Below are positions 35,664 through 44,770 of a stretch of 64,000 nt of DNA, in pieces. The position numbers and the translations under genes were made by a program. The notes beneath the pieces are model-generated. The model did no database searches. It worked only from the letters and a program-made list of their open reading frames with translations, and was not told where the DNA came from. How positions within the stretch are numbered: the first letter of the stretch is position 1; the number at the start of each line of letters is the position of its first letter. The stretch spans positions 192,001 to 256,000 of the forward strand of contig CAWAWS010000006.1 of the NCBI GenBank assembly GCA_963785725.1, given 5' to 3'. The stretch comes from an uncultured delta proteobacterium. GTDB lineage: Bacteria; Myxococcota_A; Polyangia; Palsa-1104.

Positions 35664-35892
35664 GCGACCGCCGACCGCCCGCCGCGACGGCCGACCGTGC
35701 GCCGCGACCGCGCGCCGCGACCACCGACCGCCCGCCGCGACCGCCGACCGCCCGTCGCGACCGCCGACCGCGCGCCGCGACAACCGACCGCCCGCCGCGA
35801 CAACCGACCGCGCGCCGCGACAACCGACCGCCCGCCGCGACGGCCGACCGCCCGCCGCGACCGCCCGGCGCGACCGCCGACCGCCCGCCGCG
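35664..35892. repeat. Degenerate ~20-bp tandem repeat array (about 11 units)
   Basis: Unit GCGACNNCCGACCGC(C/G)CGCC repeated right after the IS target duplication. Confidence 0.85.
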
Positions 35893-36219
35893 GCAGCCGC
35901 GCGGCCGTCCACGCCGCCGCAAGCTCGCCGCCGATTCGCACGCCGCGCCCGCCGGCGGTCGGCGGGCGCCATCAGTCGGCGACGTCGCGGCGGCGCGCCC
36001 GCCTCCGTCGCGCCGAAGCAGTCGCCCGCTCGGCGGAAGCGCGCGGGCGACCGGTGGTCGCGCGCGCTTCCGCCCCGTCGTGCCGGCCATCGGCGGATCG
36101 CGCAACAGCACGCAAGGCTTATCGCGGGCTCGGTCTCGCAGCGCCGACGTTCGCCCCCAAGCTCAGCCGACCCAGCCGGTGCCGTGTCCGCGTCGCCCGC
36201 CGTTCACCCGCAGCGGCCG

Positions 36220-36711
36220 TTACGGCACGTCATTCGACCGGACGATTTCCCGCTTCGCCCCGTCATGTCCATCGAAGAGCCGGCGATGGAACGCGTACGA
36301 CCGCCGATCCTCGACCCCGCGCGTGTAGTACCCCGCGACCCAGTCCAGCAGCGGCGCCAGCATGCGTTCCTGCAGCTCCGCCGAGCCATACTTGTGCGGC
36401 TCCCAAGGCCGCCGCCGATTATTGGCGACACACGCCTCGCACCCCGGGTTCAGGAACAGCAGCTCCGTCGCTCGCGGCAGCGCCGCCGCCGCCAGATCGC
36501 CGTCGCAGCCTTCGATCACCCAGCGCGCGTGCGCACCGACGAATGCGGCCAAGTCGGCGTGCGCCGCTTCCGTCGGACGCGGCACCGCGATCTGCCGCGG
36601 CTCCCAGACGATGCCGTCGAGCTCCAGCCGCGCCAGCCCGTGCGCGCGCTCGAGCTCCGTCGCCAGCGTCGACTTGCCCGATCCCGAATTGCCGATGATG
36701 ACGATTCGCAT
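36220..36711 (-). CDS. P-loop kinase-like protein (adenylate/shikimate kinase-like, topology-modulation family)
   Basis: MRIVIIGNSGSGKSTLA, LDGIVW, WVIEG. Confidence 0.8.
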   Translation of the reverse strand: MRIVIIGNSGSGKSTLATELERAHGLARLELDGIVWEPRQIAVPRPTEAAHADLAAFVGAHARWVIEGCDGDLAAAALPRATELLFLNPGCEACVANNRRRPWEPHKYGSAELQERMLAPLLDWVAGYYTRGVEDRRSYAFHRRLFDGHDGAKREIVRSNDVP

Positions 36712-36739
36712 CGCCTGCGAAATGCCGTGAAAACGCGAG

Positions 36740-37339
36740 CTAGAAGTCGCCGAACAGCTGCGTAATACGGACGTCGAGCGCGCTCGCCACCTTGAACAGC
36801 GACGACACCGACGCCGACGATTCGGCGCGTTCGATCTGCGACAGCAACGAGACCGACAGCTTGGTCCGCCGCGACATCTGCTTCAGCGTCAACCCGCGCG
36901 TCTTGCGCAGCTCGCGAATATTGCGCCCGATGGTCTGGTGCAGCTCGTCCTCCTTGCGGAGAACGAGGCCCTTCTTCTTCGCGATGCGCTCGATGACCGC
37001 GCGGAACTCGTCGACGGAGAACGGCTTCTTGATGTACGCCGAGACGTCATGCTCGATCGACGCCGTCGCCGTCTCCAGCGACGGGTACCCGGTCAGGATG
37101 ATGACGGCGACGTCGTCATCCTGCTTACGGATCATCCCGAGCAAATCAATCCCCGACAGCTTCGGCATCATCAGGTCGACGATGCAGACGTGGTAGTCGC
37201 CGCCCTTGAGCGTCTCGACTACCTGCGTCGGGTCATTGATTGTCGTGACGTTGTACCCGTCGTGGGTGAGGAAATCCTCGAGGTACTCGCAGACATCTTT
37301 GTCGTCATCGACGACGAGGAGATTCAATTGCGAAGACAA
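36740..37339 (-). CDS. Response regulator with receiver and XRE-family HTH
   Basis: LLVVDDD, DLMMPKLSG, ILTGY, YIKKPF; C-terminal IRELRKTRGLTLKQMS..SLLSQIER; start uncertain (TTG at 37339 or 37378). Confidence 0.9.
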   Translation of the reverse strand: MSSQLNLLVVDDDKDVCEYLEDFLTHDGYNVTTINDPTQVVETLKGGDYHVCIVDLMMPKLSGIDLLGMIRKQDDDVAVIILTGYPSLETATASIEHDVSAYIKKPFSVDEFRAVIERIAKKKGLVLRKEDELHQTIGRNIRELRKTRGLTLKQMSRRTKLSVSLLSQIERAESSASVSSLFKVASALDVRITQLFGDF

Positions 37340-37386
37340 CGGCCCCCCGGCCACGCCGCCAGGCGCTGGTTGTTCCAATGCAAGTA

Positions 37387-37461
<75 letters not shown>

Positions 37462-37475
37462 AATGAAGCCCCCAG

Positions 37476-37504
37476 TACCTAGCCCGACACTGTGTGCTTG
37501 TCAA
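37476..37504 (-). promoter_or_regulatory. Probable sigma70 promoter for tRNA-Pro
   Basis: Minus-strand TTGACA, 17 nt, TAGGTA just upstream of the tRNA. Confidence 0.5.
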
Positions 37505-37854
37505 CGGGATTAGAGATTTTTCCGCAACTAGCAGCGCTGCGTTCGACCTCGATTCGGATATTCGCACATTTACGCGAGCGCGTCACACTCCGTCGCCGCG
37601 ACCAGGTTGCACACAAACACGCCGACATGCGTCAAAGACCGACGTCAGCGACGGGAAGCATAGCCATGCGCATCGCGAAACGAAGGGGAATCATCTATGT
37701 GGTCCCGGCTCCCGATCTGGGGGGCTAGGCCCCAGTCGTCTCTTTAATTTGTCAATGATTCCGATAGCTGAGACGGGCGCGTCCATTGCAGAGCTGGTCC
37801 GGCACCATGGTCCCCAACCGTCGACTCCGCGAGAACCTCGCCAATGCCGAACGA

Positions 37855-40641
37855 ATGGCAAAGCGGCGCAGTTCATTTGAGGATCAAGCAACCGTCGTAC
37901 CTATGGAAGATGTAGTGCCCGAGGAGACGCGGCCAGGCCGGCTGCGCGACTTTGCGGCCGATCTAGATGTATCCGAATCCGGCATCGAGCTGGGAACGGC
38001 CGATATCGACATCAGCGATCTGACCGGTCAGGCGGATCTGTTGAAGACCACGGCGCATCGGACGCAAAAGCGGCCGCAGCCGAAGAAGCGGTCCAAGGCG
38101 CTGTTCGACTTCGGCGATGACGACCAGACGCGCATCGACCCGTCGCAGGATCCCGATGTCGAAGTCTTGGCCGTCGAAGAGCGCCGCGAGCCGGCCCCGC
38201 GCGTCGTCCAGGCGCGCAAGCTGCCGCTCGAAGAGCTCGCGCCGCCGCGCAAGCCGCCGCTGCCGCACTTCGCGGCGCCGACGCCGGCGCGCAAGCCGCC
38301 GCAGCGCGAGGTCGAGGAAGTCGAAGAGTTCCGCTCCGAGAAGTCGGTCGTGTCGCGCATCGTCATGTCGGTGGTGGCGGCGCTGCCGTCGGCCATTCGC
38401 AAGGCGGTCGACAAGACGGGCGCGCATCAGCTGCCGAAGAAGCAGGCGCCGGCGGCGGACGACGGCCACGCGGAAGACAAGCGCGCGACGCAGACCAGCC
38501 CCGACGCCAGCGCCTGGCGCGAGATGCGCACGTCGCCGATCTTCGACGGTTTGCCCAACGAGGCGCTGCGTGACGCGCTGATGTCCAATGACGCCCAGGT
38601 GTTGCGCGTGGTGCGTGACTCGCTGGTGTCGATCGACGGCGCCGTCGGTTTGGTGCGCTCGGGCCAGGTGGCGCTCGGTCGCTTCACCGAGGAGTCGCTC
38701 GCCGACGAGCGCAAGGCGGCGGCGGTGTTCGCGGCGGCGGCGGCCAAGAAATACGGCAACAGCCACGAGAAGAAGGAGCGCAAGCGGCGCAACGAGGTCG
38801 GTCCGCTCATTCGCTTGGCCGAGCAGAACCTGGCCACGTTCGAAGAGGGCGACATCGTCGAGACCGCGGTCGGCTCGGCCAACCACTCGACGCTCGCCGT
38901 CTACAGCGTCACGCCGGCGGTCGTCATCGTCATCGCCCGCGCGCGCGTCGACTTGTGGCGGCGCATCTATCCGTTCATGGCCGACCGCTTCCGGCGTGCC
39001 GGCGCGGCTGCGCGCGCGAAAGTGGAGGCCACCGACGGCGCGAAGTCGGCCGTGGCCGACTTCTTCATCCGCCATGGCCTGTCGGTGTCGCTGACGTTGC
39101 GCGTGCGCAAGCTCGACGCCTGCATCGAGTGCAAGGCCTGCGAGATCGCCTGCGAAGATCGCTACGGCGTCAAGCGTCTATCGATCAATGGACGCATCCT
39201 CGGCAACCTCGACTTCGTCGACGCCTGCCACACCTGCACCGACGCGCGCTGCATCGATCCCTGCAACTTCGACGCGATCTCGTTCGACGTGCAGCGCAAA
39301 GAGATCCTCATCAAGGAAGACGCGTGCACCGGCTGCACGTTGTGCGCGACGGCGTGCCCTTACAACGCCATCGAGATGCACGAGATGGACGAAGCGCCGC
39401 TCTTGAAGCTGCGCCTGACGAAAGAGAAGAAGCTCGACTTCGGCGAGGGCACGGCGCGCAAAGCCAAGCTGCGTCGTATCGCGTCGAAGTGCGATCACTG
39501 CGCGTTCTACGAGGATCAGGCGTGCGTGACGGCCTGCCCGACCGGCGCGCTGCTCGAGATCATGCCGTCGGACGCGGTGACGCAGCTGCCGGAGCAGGCG
39601 CGCGCGTCGGCCAAGGCCGGCTTCGATCGCACCGTCGCCATCGACGTCAACTCGGTCAACCAGTCGCAGGCGTTCCACAAGGGCGGCATGCGCGATCTGC
39701 CCGACCTCGGGCGCGCGCGGGCCAAGCGCGGCAAGCTGTCGCTGCCGGTGTGGTGGACGCTGGGCGTGGGCGCGTTCCTGCTGTCGTGCGTCGAGATCGC
39801 GCTGCGCCTCTGGCTACCGCGGTACTCGATGGCGTATCTGATGAACACGCTGGTCGAAGGCATCGAGCCCGATCTGGCGCTGGCGCGCGTCAACTACGCG
39901 CCGGGCTGCGAGCTCGCCGTCGACTTCGGCTACGCGGGCACGGCCATGATGATGAGCGGCCTCGCCTACGTCTGGCGCCGGCGCTTCAGCTTCATGCGCA
40001 ACGTCGGCTCCTTGCGCAGCTGGTTCGAGTGGCACGTCTTGACCGGCGTCATCGGACCGGCGTTCATCCTCTTGCACTCGGTGGCCAAGCTCGACAACTG
40101 GGTCTCGCTCGGCTTCTGGAGCATGATCATCACGGTCGCCTCGGGCTTGCTCGGCCGCTACTTCATGACGCAGCTGGAAGAGCGCGCGTCGACGGCAGGC
40201 GTGGAGACGCTCGACATCGATCGCAAGCTGGCCGTGCTGCGTGGCGCGCATCCGGGCGTGCGCGCGGCCGACGTCTGGTACGAAGCCTATCAGCGACGGC
40301 TCGCGAACTTCGAGAAGCGGCTCGGCGGCACGGCGCAAGCGCCGACGTTCTTGGGCTCGCTGGCGACGCTTTGGTACGTCATCAAAGACGACGCCATGCG
40401 CGGACGGCGGCTGCGTCAGCTCAAGAGCCAGCTGCGCAAGACCGTGCACGGCCGCAACACCCGTAGCGTTCGCAAGCAAGCGGCAGTGCTGGCGCACCGG
40501 CTGGCGCTGATGGAGCGGAGGCGCGTCGTGTTGCCGCGTCTCGAGCCGCTGTTCAATCAATGGAAGGCGGTGCACATCCCGATGTCGGTCGTGATGACGG
40601 TGATTACTACCATCCACGTCGTCATCGAATTGCGCCGCTGA
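37855..40641 (+). CDS. Membrane redox protein: disordered N-terminus, degenerate cNMP-binding-like domain, 4x[4Fe-4S] ferredoxin, ferric-reductase-like di-heme-b TM domain
   Basis: CIECKACEIAC, CHTCTDARCIDPC, CTGCTLCATACP, KCDHC..ACVTACP; TM helices with two H-x13-H pairs (WHVLTGVIGPAFILLH; VHIPMSVVMTVITTIH); start codon uncertain. Confidence 0.85.
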   Translation: MAKRRSSFEDQATVVPMEDVVPEETRPGRLRDFAADLDVSESGIELGTADIDISDLTGQADLLKTTAHRTQKRPQPKKRSKALFDFGDDDQTRIDPSQDPDVEVLAVEERREPAPRVVQARKLPLEELAPPRKPPLPHFAAPTPARKPPQREVEEVEEFRSEKSVVSRIVMSVVAALPSAIRKAVDKTGAHQLPKKQAPAADDGHAEDKRATQTSPDASAWREMRTSPIFDGLPNEALRDALMSNDAQVLRVVRDSLVSIDGAVGLVRSGQVALGRFTEESLADERKAAAVFAAAAAKKYGNSHEKKERKRRNEVGPLIRLAEQNLATFEEGDIVETAVGSANHSTLAVYSVTPAVVIVIARARVDLWRRIYPFMADRFRRAGAAARAKVEATDGAKSAVADFFIRHGLSVSLTLRVRKLDACIECKACEIACEDRYGVKRLSINGRILGNLDFVDACHTCTDARCIDPCNFDAISFDVQRKEILIKEDACTGCTLCATACPYNAIEMHEMDEAPLLKLRLTKEKKLDFGEGTARKAKLRRIASKCDHCAFYEDQACVTACPTGALLEIMPSDAVTQLPEQARASAKAGFDRTVAIDVNSVNQSQAFHKGGMRDLPDLGRARAKRGKLSLPVWWTLGVGAFLLSCVEIALRLWLPRYSMAYLMNTLVEGIEPDLALARVNYAPGCELAVDFGYAGTAMMMSGLAYVWRRRFSFMRNVGSLRSWFEWHVLTGVIGPAFILLHSVAKLDNWVSLGFWSMIITVASGLLGRYFMTQLEERASTAGVETLDIDRKLAVLRGAHPGVRAADVWYEAYQRRLANFEKRLGGTAQAPTFLGSLATLWYVIKDDAMRGRRLRQLKSQLRKTVHGRNTRSVRKQAAVLAHRLALMERRRVVLPRLEPLFNQWKAVHIPMSVVMTVITTIHVVIELRR

Positions 40642-40681
40642 CGCTCTTGTCTCGGTCCGCTTTCTAAGCGACGATACGGCC

Positions 40682-43117
40682 GTGCCTCGCCTTCGGCTGG
40701 TAGTCGTGACTGCGCTCTTGCTGGTCCCGGCGCTCGCCAGGGCCGATTTCTTCTCCACCTCGCCCGGGCCGCTGGCTCAGGTCCACGCCAACATCGACAG
40801 CAAGGACCACTGCACCGACTGCCACACGAGCGGACGCGAGCTCGCCGCCGAGAAGTGCATCAAGTGCCACGAGCCGATCGGCGAGCGGCAGCGCGAGCGC
40901 AAAGGCGTGCACGCGTCGCCCAAAGCGCTCGGCAAGCCGTGCGAGCTGTGCCACACCGACCACAAAGGGCGGAACAAGAACATCCTCGGCTTCGAGTTCT
41001 TCGGCGGGCGCGAGAAGTTCGATCACAACCTGCTGACGCCGTTCCAGCTCGAAGGCAAGCATCAGACGACCAAGTGCAACGACTGCCATAAAGACAAGAC
41101 GGCGTCGGGGACGTTCACGTATCTGAAGGCGCCGACGGCGTGCGCCAGCTGCCACAACAATCCGCACGGCGACTTGCACGAGAAGCTGCGCAACTGCGAG
41201 CGCTGCCACGATGCGCGCTCGTGGAAGATGAAGGACGACGCGCAGTTCGATCACGACCGCGACACGCGCTATCCGCTCGAGAAGAAGCACGAGCCGGTCA
41301 AGTGCGCGGCCTGCCACGCGACGACGAAGTCGGGGCAGCCGCCGAATGCGAAAGCGCCGATTCCGGCGCTGACTCCGGCCGGCTATCAGAAGATGACGTT
41401 CCGCTGGCCGACGTGGGGCTTCGATTGCCAGCCGTGCCACGACAACGTGCACGGGACGTCGCTGTTCGGGACGAAGTCGTGCAAGAGCTGCCACTCGGCC
41501 AAGGTCGAGTTCACCAAGATCTTCTTCGACCACAACAAGCGCACGCGCTTCCCGCTCGACGGTGAGCACGCCGATACCAAGAAGGCGACGTGCTACTCCT
41601 GCCATCCGAAAGAGCTCAAGGGCAAGCCGTCGATGCGCTGCGACGGCTGCCATCAGGACGTGCACAAAGGGCGGTTCGCGAAGGCGTCCAACGGCAACGA
41701 CTGCGGCAGCTGCCACACGGCGGTCAATTGGCCGACGGATTTGAAGTTCGATCACAACACGCGCACCAAGTTCCCGCTCACGGGCGCGCACGCCAACGCC
41801 GATTGCCGCGCCTGCCATCGCGGCAAAGGGCCGGCCGAGTGGGAGAACGTCTCGTCGCTGGTGACGCGCTCGGGGCGCGAGCAAAAGGTCGCCTGCATGG
41901 GCTGCCACCAGCACGAGAACGTGCACAAGAAGCAGTATCCGAACGAGCGCTGCCTCGAGTGCCACAAGATGGCCGGCATCGTCGACACCAAGCCGCGCGC
42001 CATCAACGAGTTCCACGGGCCCAACTCGCGCTTCCCGCTGACCGAAGGGCACAAAGGCGTCGCCTGCGAGAAGTGCCATCCCGGCAACGTCTTCAAGAAG
42101 GACATGACGCTGCAGTGCGGTCCGACGTGCCATCCCGACGAGCTGCACAAAGGGACGCTCGGCAAAGACTGCTTGAGCTGCCACTCGGGCGGCCGGTGGG
42201 AAGCGCGCCTCTTCGATCACGACACGAAGACGAAGTGGCCGCTCGTCGGCAACCACAAGGACGTCACCTGCGAGGCCTGCCATCCGCGGCGCGACTTCGC
42301 CAACAACCGCGGCAAGAGCACCACTTGCTACAACTGCCACTCCAAGGACGACGCGCACAACGGGCAGCTCGGCCATCGCTGCGAGACATGCCATTCGCCC
42401 GACGGCAAAGTGGCGTTCGACCACAACGATCCCGAGTTCAGCGACTGGCCGCTCCTCGGCAAGCACAAGAAGGTCAAGTGCAACGAGTGCCATAAGTCGA
42501 TCGAGTTCAAGCCGACGCCGCGCGAGTGCGGCGGCTGCCACGGCGAGCCCGCCGTGCATCGCGGCCAGCTCGGCACGTTGTGCGCGTCCTGCCACGTCAA
42601 CGACGACTGGAAGATCATCCACACCGGCCACGACGTGCCGACGCCGCGCTTCGGCGGCGCGCACGACCGCGTGCCGTGTGTGTCGTGCCATCCGGGCGGC
42701 CGCTTGCTCGGCGGCACGGGGCAGCTGTGCATCACCTGCCATCGCAACGACGACATCCACCACAACGGGCTCGGGCCGCGCTGCGGCGAGTGCCACACGC
42801 AGCAGTCGTGGGCGGCGGCGCACTTCGAGCACACGCGCGTCGGCTGCGAGCTGACCGGCAGCCATCGCCTGTTGCCGTGCGTGGGCTGCCACATCGGCGG
42901 CAACTTCGTCGCGCTGGCGACGGACTGCGTCGCCTGCCACCGTAAAGACGCCGTGCGCGGCGGTGCCGCATACGCCGCGTCTCTCAAACAGGCCGGCAAT
43001 GCGGCCATCATCGCGACTCACGCCATGTTCCCTCAGTGCGGCAGCTGCCACAACACGATCTTCTGGGGAACGACGTCTTCGCGTCTCGCCGGCGGTCGCG
43101 AGTCGGTGTGCCGATGA
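40682..43117 (+). CDS. Periplasmic 30-heme c-type cytochrome built of ten triheme repeats
   Basis: Sec signal peptide (ALARA|DFF); manual count 29 CxxCH + 1 CxxxCH (CGPTCH); repeating FDH..[FYW]PLxGxH..CxxCH..CxxCH..H..CxxCH unit. Confidence 0.95.
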   Translation: MPRLRLVVVTALLLVPALARADFFSTSPGPLAQVHANIDSKDHCTDCHTSGRELAAEKCIKCHEPIGERQRERKGVHASPKALGKPCELCHTDHKGRNKNILGFEFFGGREKFDHNLLTPFQLEGKHQTTKCNDCHKDKTASGTFTYLKAPTACASCHNNPHGDLHEKLRNCERCHDARSWKMKDDAQFDHDRDTRYPLEKKHEPVKCAACHATTKSGQPPNAKAPIPALTPAGYQKMTFRWPTWGFDCQPCHDNVHGTSLFGTKSCKSCHSAKVEFTKIFFDHNKRTRFPLDGEHADTKKATCYSCHPKELKGKPSMRCDGCHQDVHKGRFAKASNGNDCGSCHTAVNWPTDLKFDHNTRTKFPLTGAHANADCRACHRGKGPAEWENVSSLVTRSGREQKVACMGCHQHENVHKKQYPNERCLECHKMAGIVDTKPRAINEFHGPNSRFPLTEGHKGVACEKCHPGNVFKKDMTLQCGPTCHPDELHKGTLGKDCLSCHSGGRWEARLFDHDTKTKWPLVGNHKDVTCEACHPRRDFANNRGKSTTCYNCHSKDDAHNGQLGHRCETCHSPDGKVAFDHNDPEFSDWPLLGKHKKVKCNECHKSIEFKPTPRECGGCHGEPAVHRGQLGTLCASCHVNDDWKIIHTGHDVPTPRFGGAHDRVPCVSCHPGGRLLGGTGQLCITCHRNDDIHHNGLGPRCGECHTQQSWAAAHFEHTRVGCELTGSHRLLPCVGCHIGGNFVALATDCVACHRKDAVRGGAAYAASLKQAGNAAIIATHAMFPQCGSCHNTIFWGTTSSRLAGGRESVCR

Positions 43118-44770
43118 TCCGTCGGCTCCTGCGCTTCGTGCCGCTGCTGTTGGTCTTGTTGCCGACGGCGGCGCGCGCGCAGGATCTGAAAGATCGCTTC
43201 AACATCAAGCTGTCGTTGACCGGCATGTACGAGACGGAGCAAGAGGGCGAGCTGCCGGCGGCCTATGCGCGCACGCAGCCGACGACCGGCGGCAACGGCG
43301 TGGGCCAGGTGTCGTCGCCGTTCCAGCTCGGCTACGGCGAGCTGCGCGCGGTCATCGACGGGCGGCGGCTGCCCGGCAACTTCGATCTGCACATCGACGC
43401 GCGCGTACGGCTGACCGGCCCCTACTCGATCGACGACGCCACCGTCGGCAATCAGCCCATCACCGCCCGCGGCTACTTGGGCGGCAGCGAATACGACCTG
43501 CGTTCGGCCTGGGTGCGACGACGCGGCGAGAGCTGGGACTTCGGCCTCGGCCGCATGATCGTGTCCGAGGCCGACGCCCTGCGCATCGACGGCGCGCGAT
43601 TATGGTGGCGCATGGCGAAACACTGGGACGCCAGCTTGTACGCCGGCGGCTACGGCGATCCCTATTCGCGCTCGCTCAACGACGACTATTCGGGCGGCTT
43701 CGCCGCGGCCGGCGGCGGCGACGCGACGTACACGTACGATAAGATCTGGGGCTCGTTCAGCGTCAACGGCGCCTACTTCAGCGGCAACGACGACGGCGGC
43801 CCGATCGTCATCAACGCCGACGGCTCCATCGCCCCCGGCAAGCCGACGCGCGAGAAGCCGCGCACCTGGCTCACGTGGACCGACTTCATCCGCATCGCGT
43901 CGTGGCTCGACCTGTTCACTGATGTCGTCGTCGACGCGTCGGGCGAGGCGGGCGCGCAGCTCACGCGGCTCGACGCGCTGGCCACGATTCGCGCCGGCTC
44001 GCACCTGACGTTCCGCCTCGGCTACGATCACCTGTCGGCGTTCGCGATCGAAATGTGGCTGACCAAGCTGCTCACCGATCGCTCGCAGGTCGTCGCCAAC
44101 ACCATCGAGAACAACTTGACGGTCGAGCGCACCTCGCGCGACGAAGGCCGCGGCCAGGTCGATTCTCGCGTTCGGCAAATTCTCGGTCAACGGCGAAGGC
44201 CGCGTGCGCAAACGCGCGCTCGTCTCGCTCACCGACGACACGCAGTTCACCAACCAGGGCAAACAGGTCGCGCCCGGCTTCGCCTGGGACGCGACGCTCG
44301 GCGTGCACGATCGCGGCTCGCTCGCCGGCTTTCGCGAGGGCTTGTGGGCGATGTACTTGAGCGACTATCGCGCCAACAGCTTCCTCGTCGGCTTCGACCT
44401 CGGCCGCAGCTTCTGGGACGAGAAGCTCACCATCGACTTCGCGTTCTTGTACGCCAAGACCAAAGACGACGACTCGGGCAAAGGCACGCCCGTCGCCAAC
44501 ATGCCGACCTTGCCCATCGCCTGCAACACGGCGACGTATCTGACGATCAACTCGACCTGCTACGGCACGCGCAACGGCGCCGAGTACGAGACCGGCATCA
44601 CCATCGGCGGCTCGCCGTTCAACCACTGGTATGCGTTCGTCGACTATCGGCTCGTCGTCGACAAGACCGACGGCAACATCGCCAACGCCGCGGGCACGAC
44701 GACGCCGGCGCTGCCCGAGCCGACGATCCTGACGCACGTGCTGCTCCTGCGGCTCGAAGCGCGTTACTGA
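43114..44770 (+). CDS. Outer-membrane beta-barrel protein (~551 aa) interrupted by a +1 frameshift at 44163/44164
   Basis: ATGA overlap with the cytochrome; signal peptide (AARA|QDL); amphipathic Trp/Tyr/Gly strands. Removing one T in GATTCTC joins the two ORFs (..GQVDLAFGKFSVNGEGRVRKRAL..) and ends in LLLRLEARY with a terminal aromatic residue. Confidence 0.8.

Noticed and set aside
30524..35892. Tandem repeat arrays as CRISPR
   Set aside because: The units are contiguous without unique spacers, and no cas genes are present.
44155..44175. Programmed frameshift or phase variation in the beta-barrel gene
   Set aside because: There is no slippery heptamer or homopolymer tract at the site; a sequencing error is more likely.
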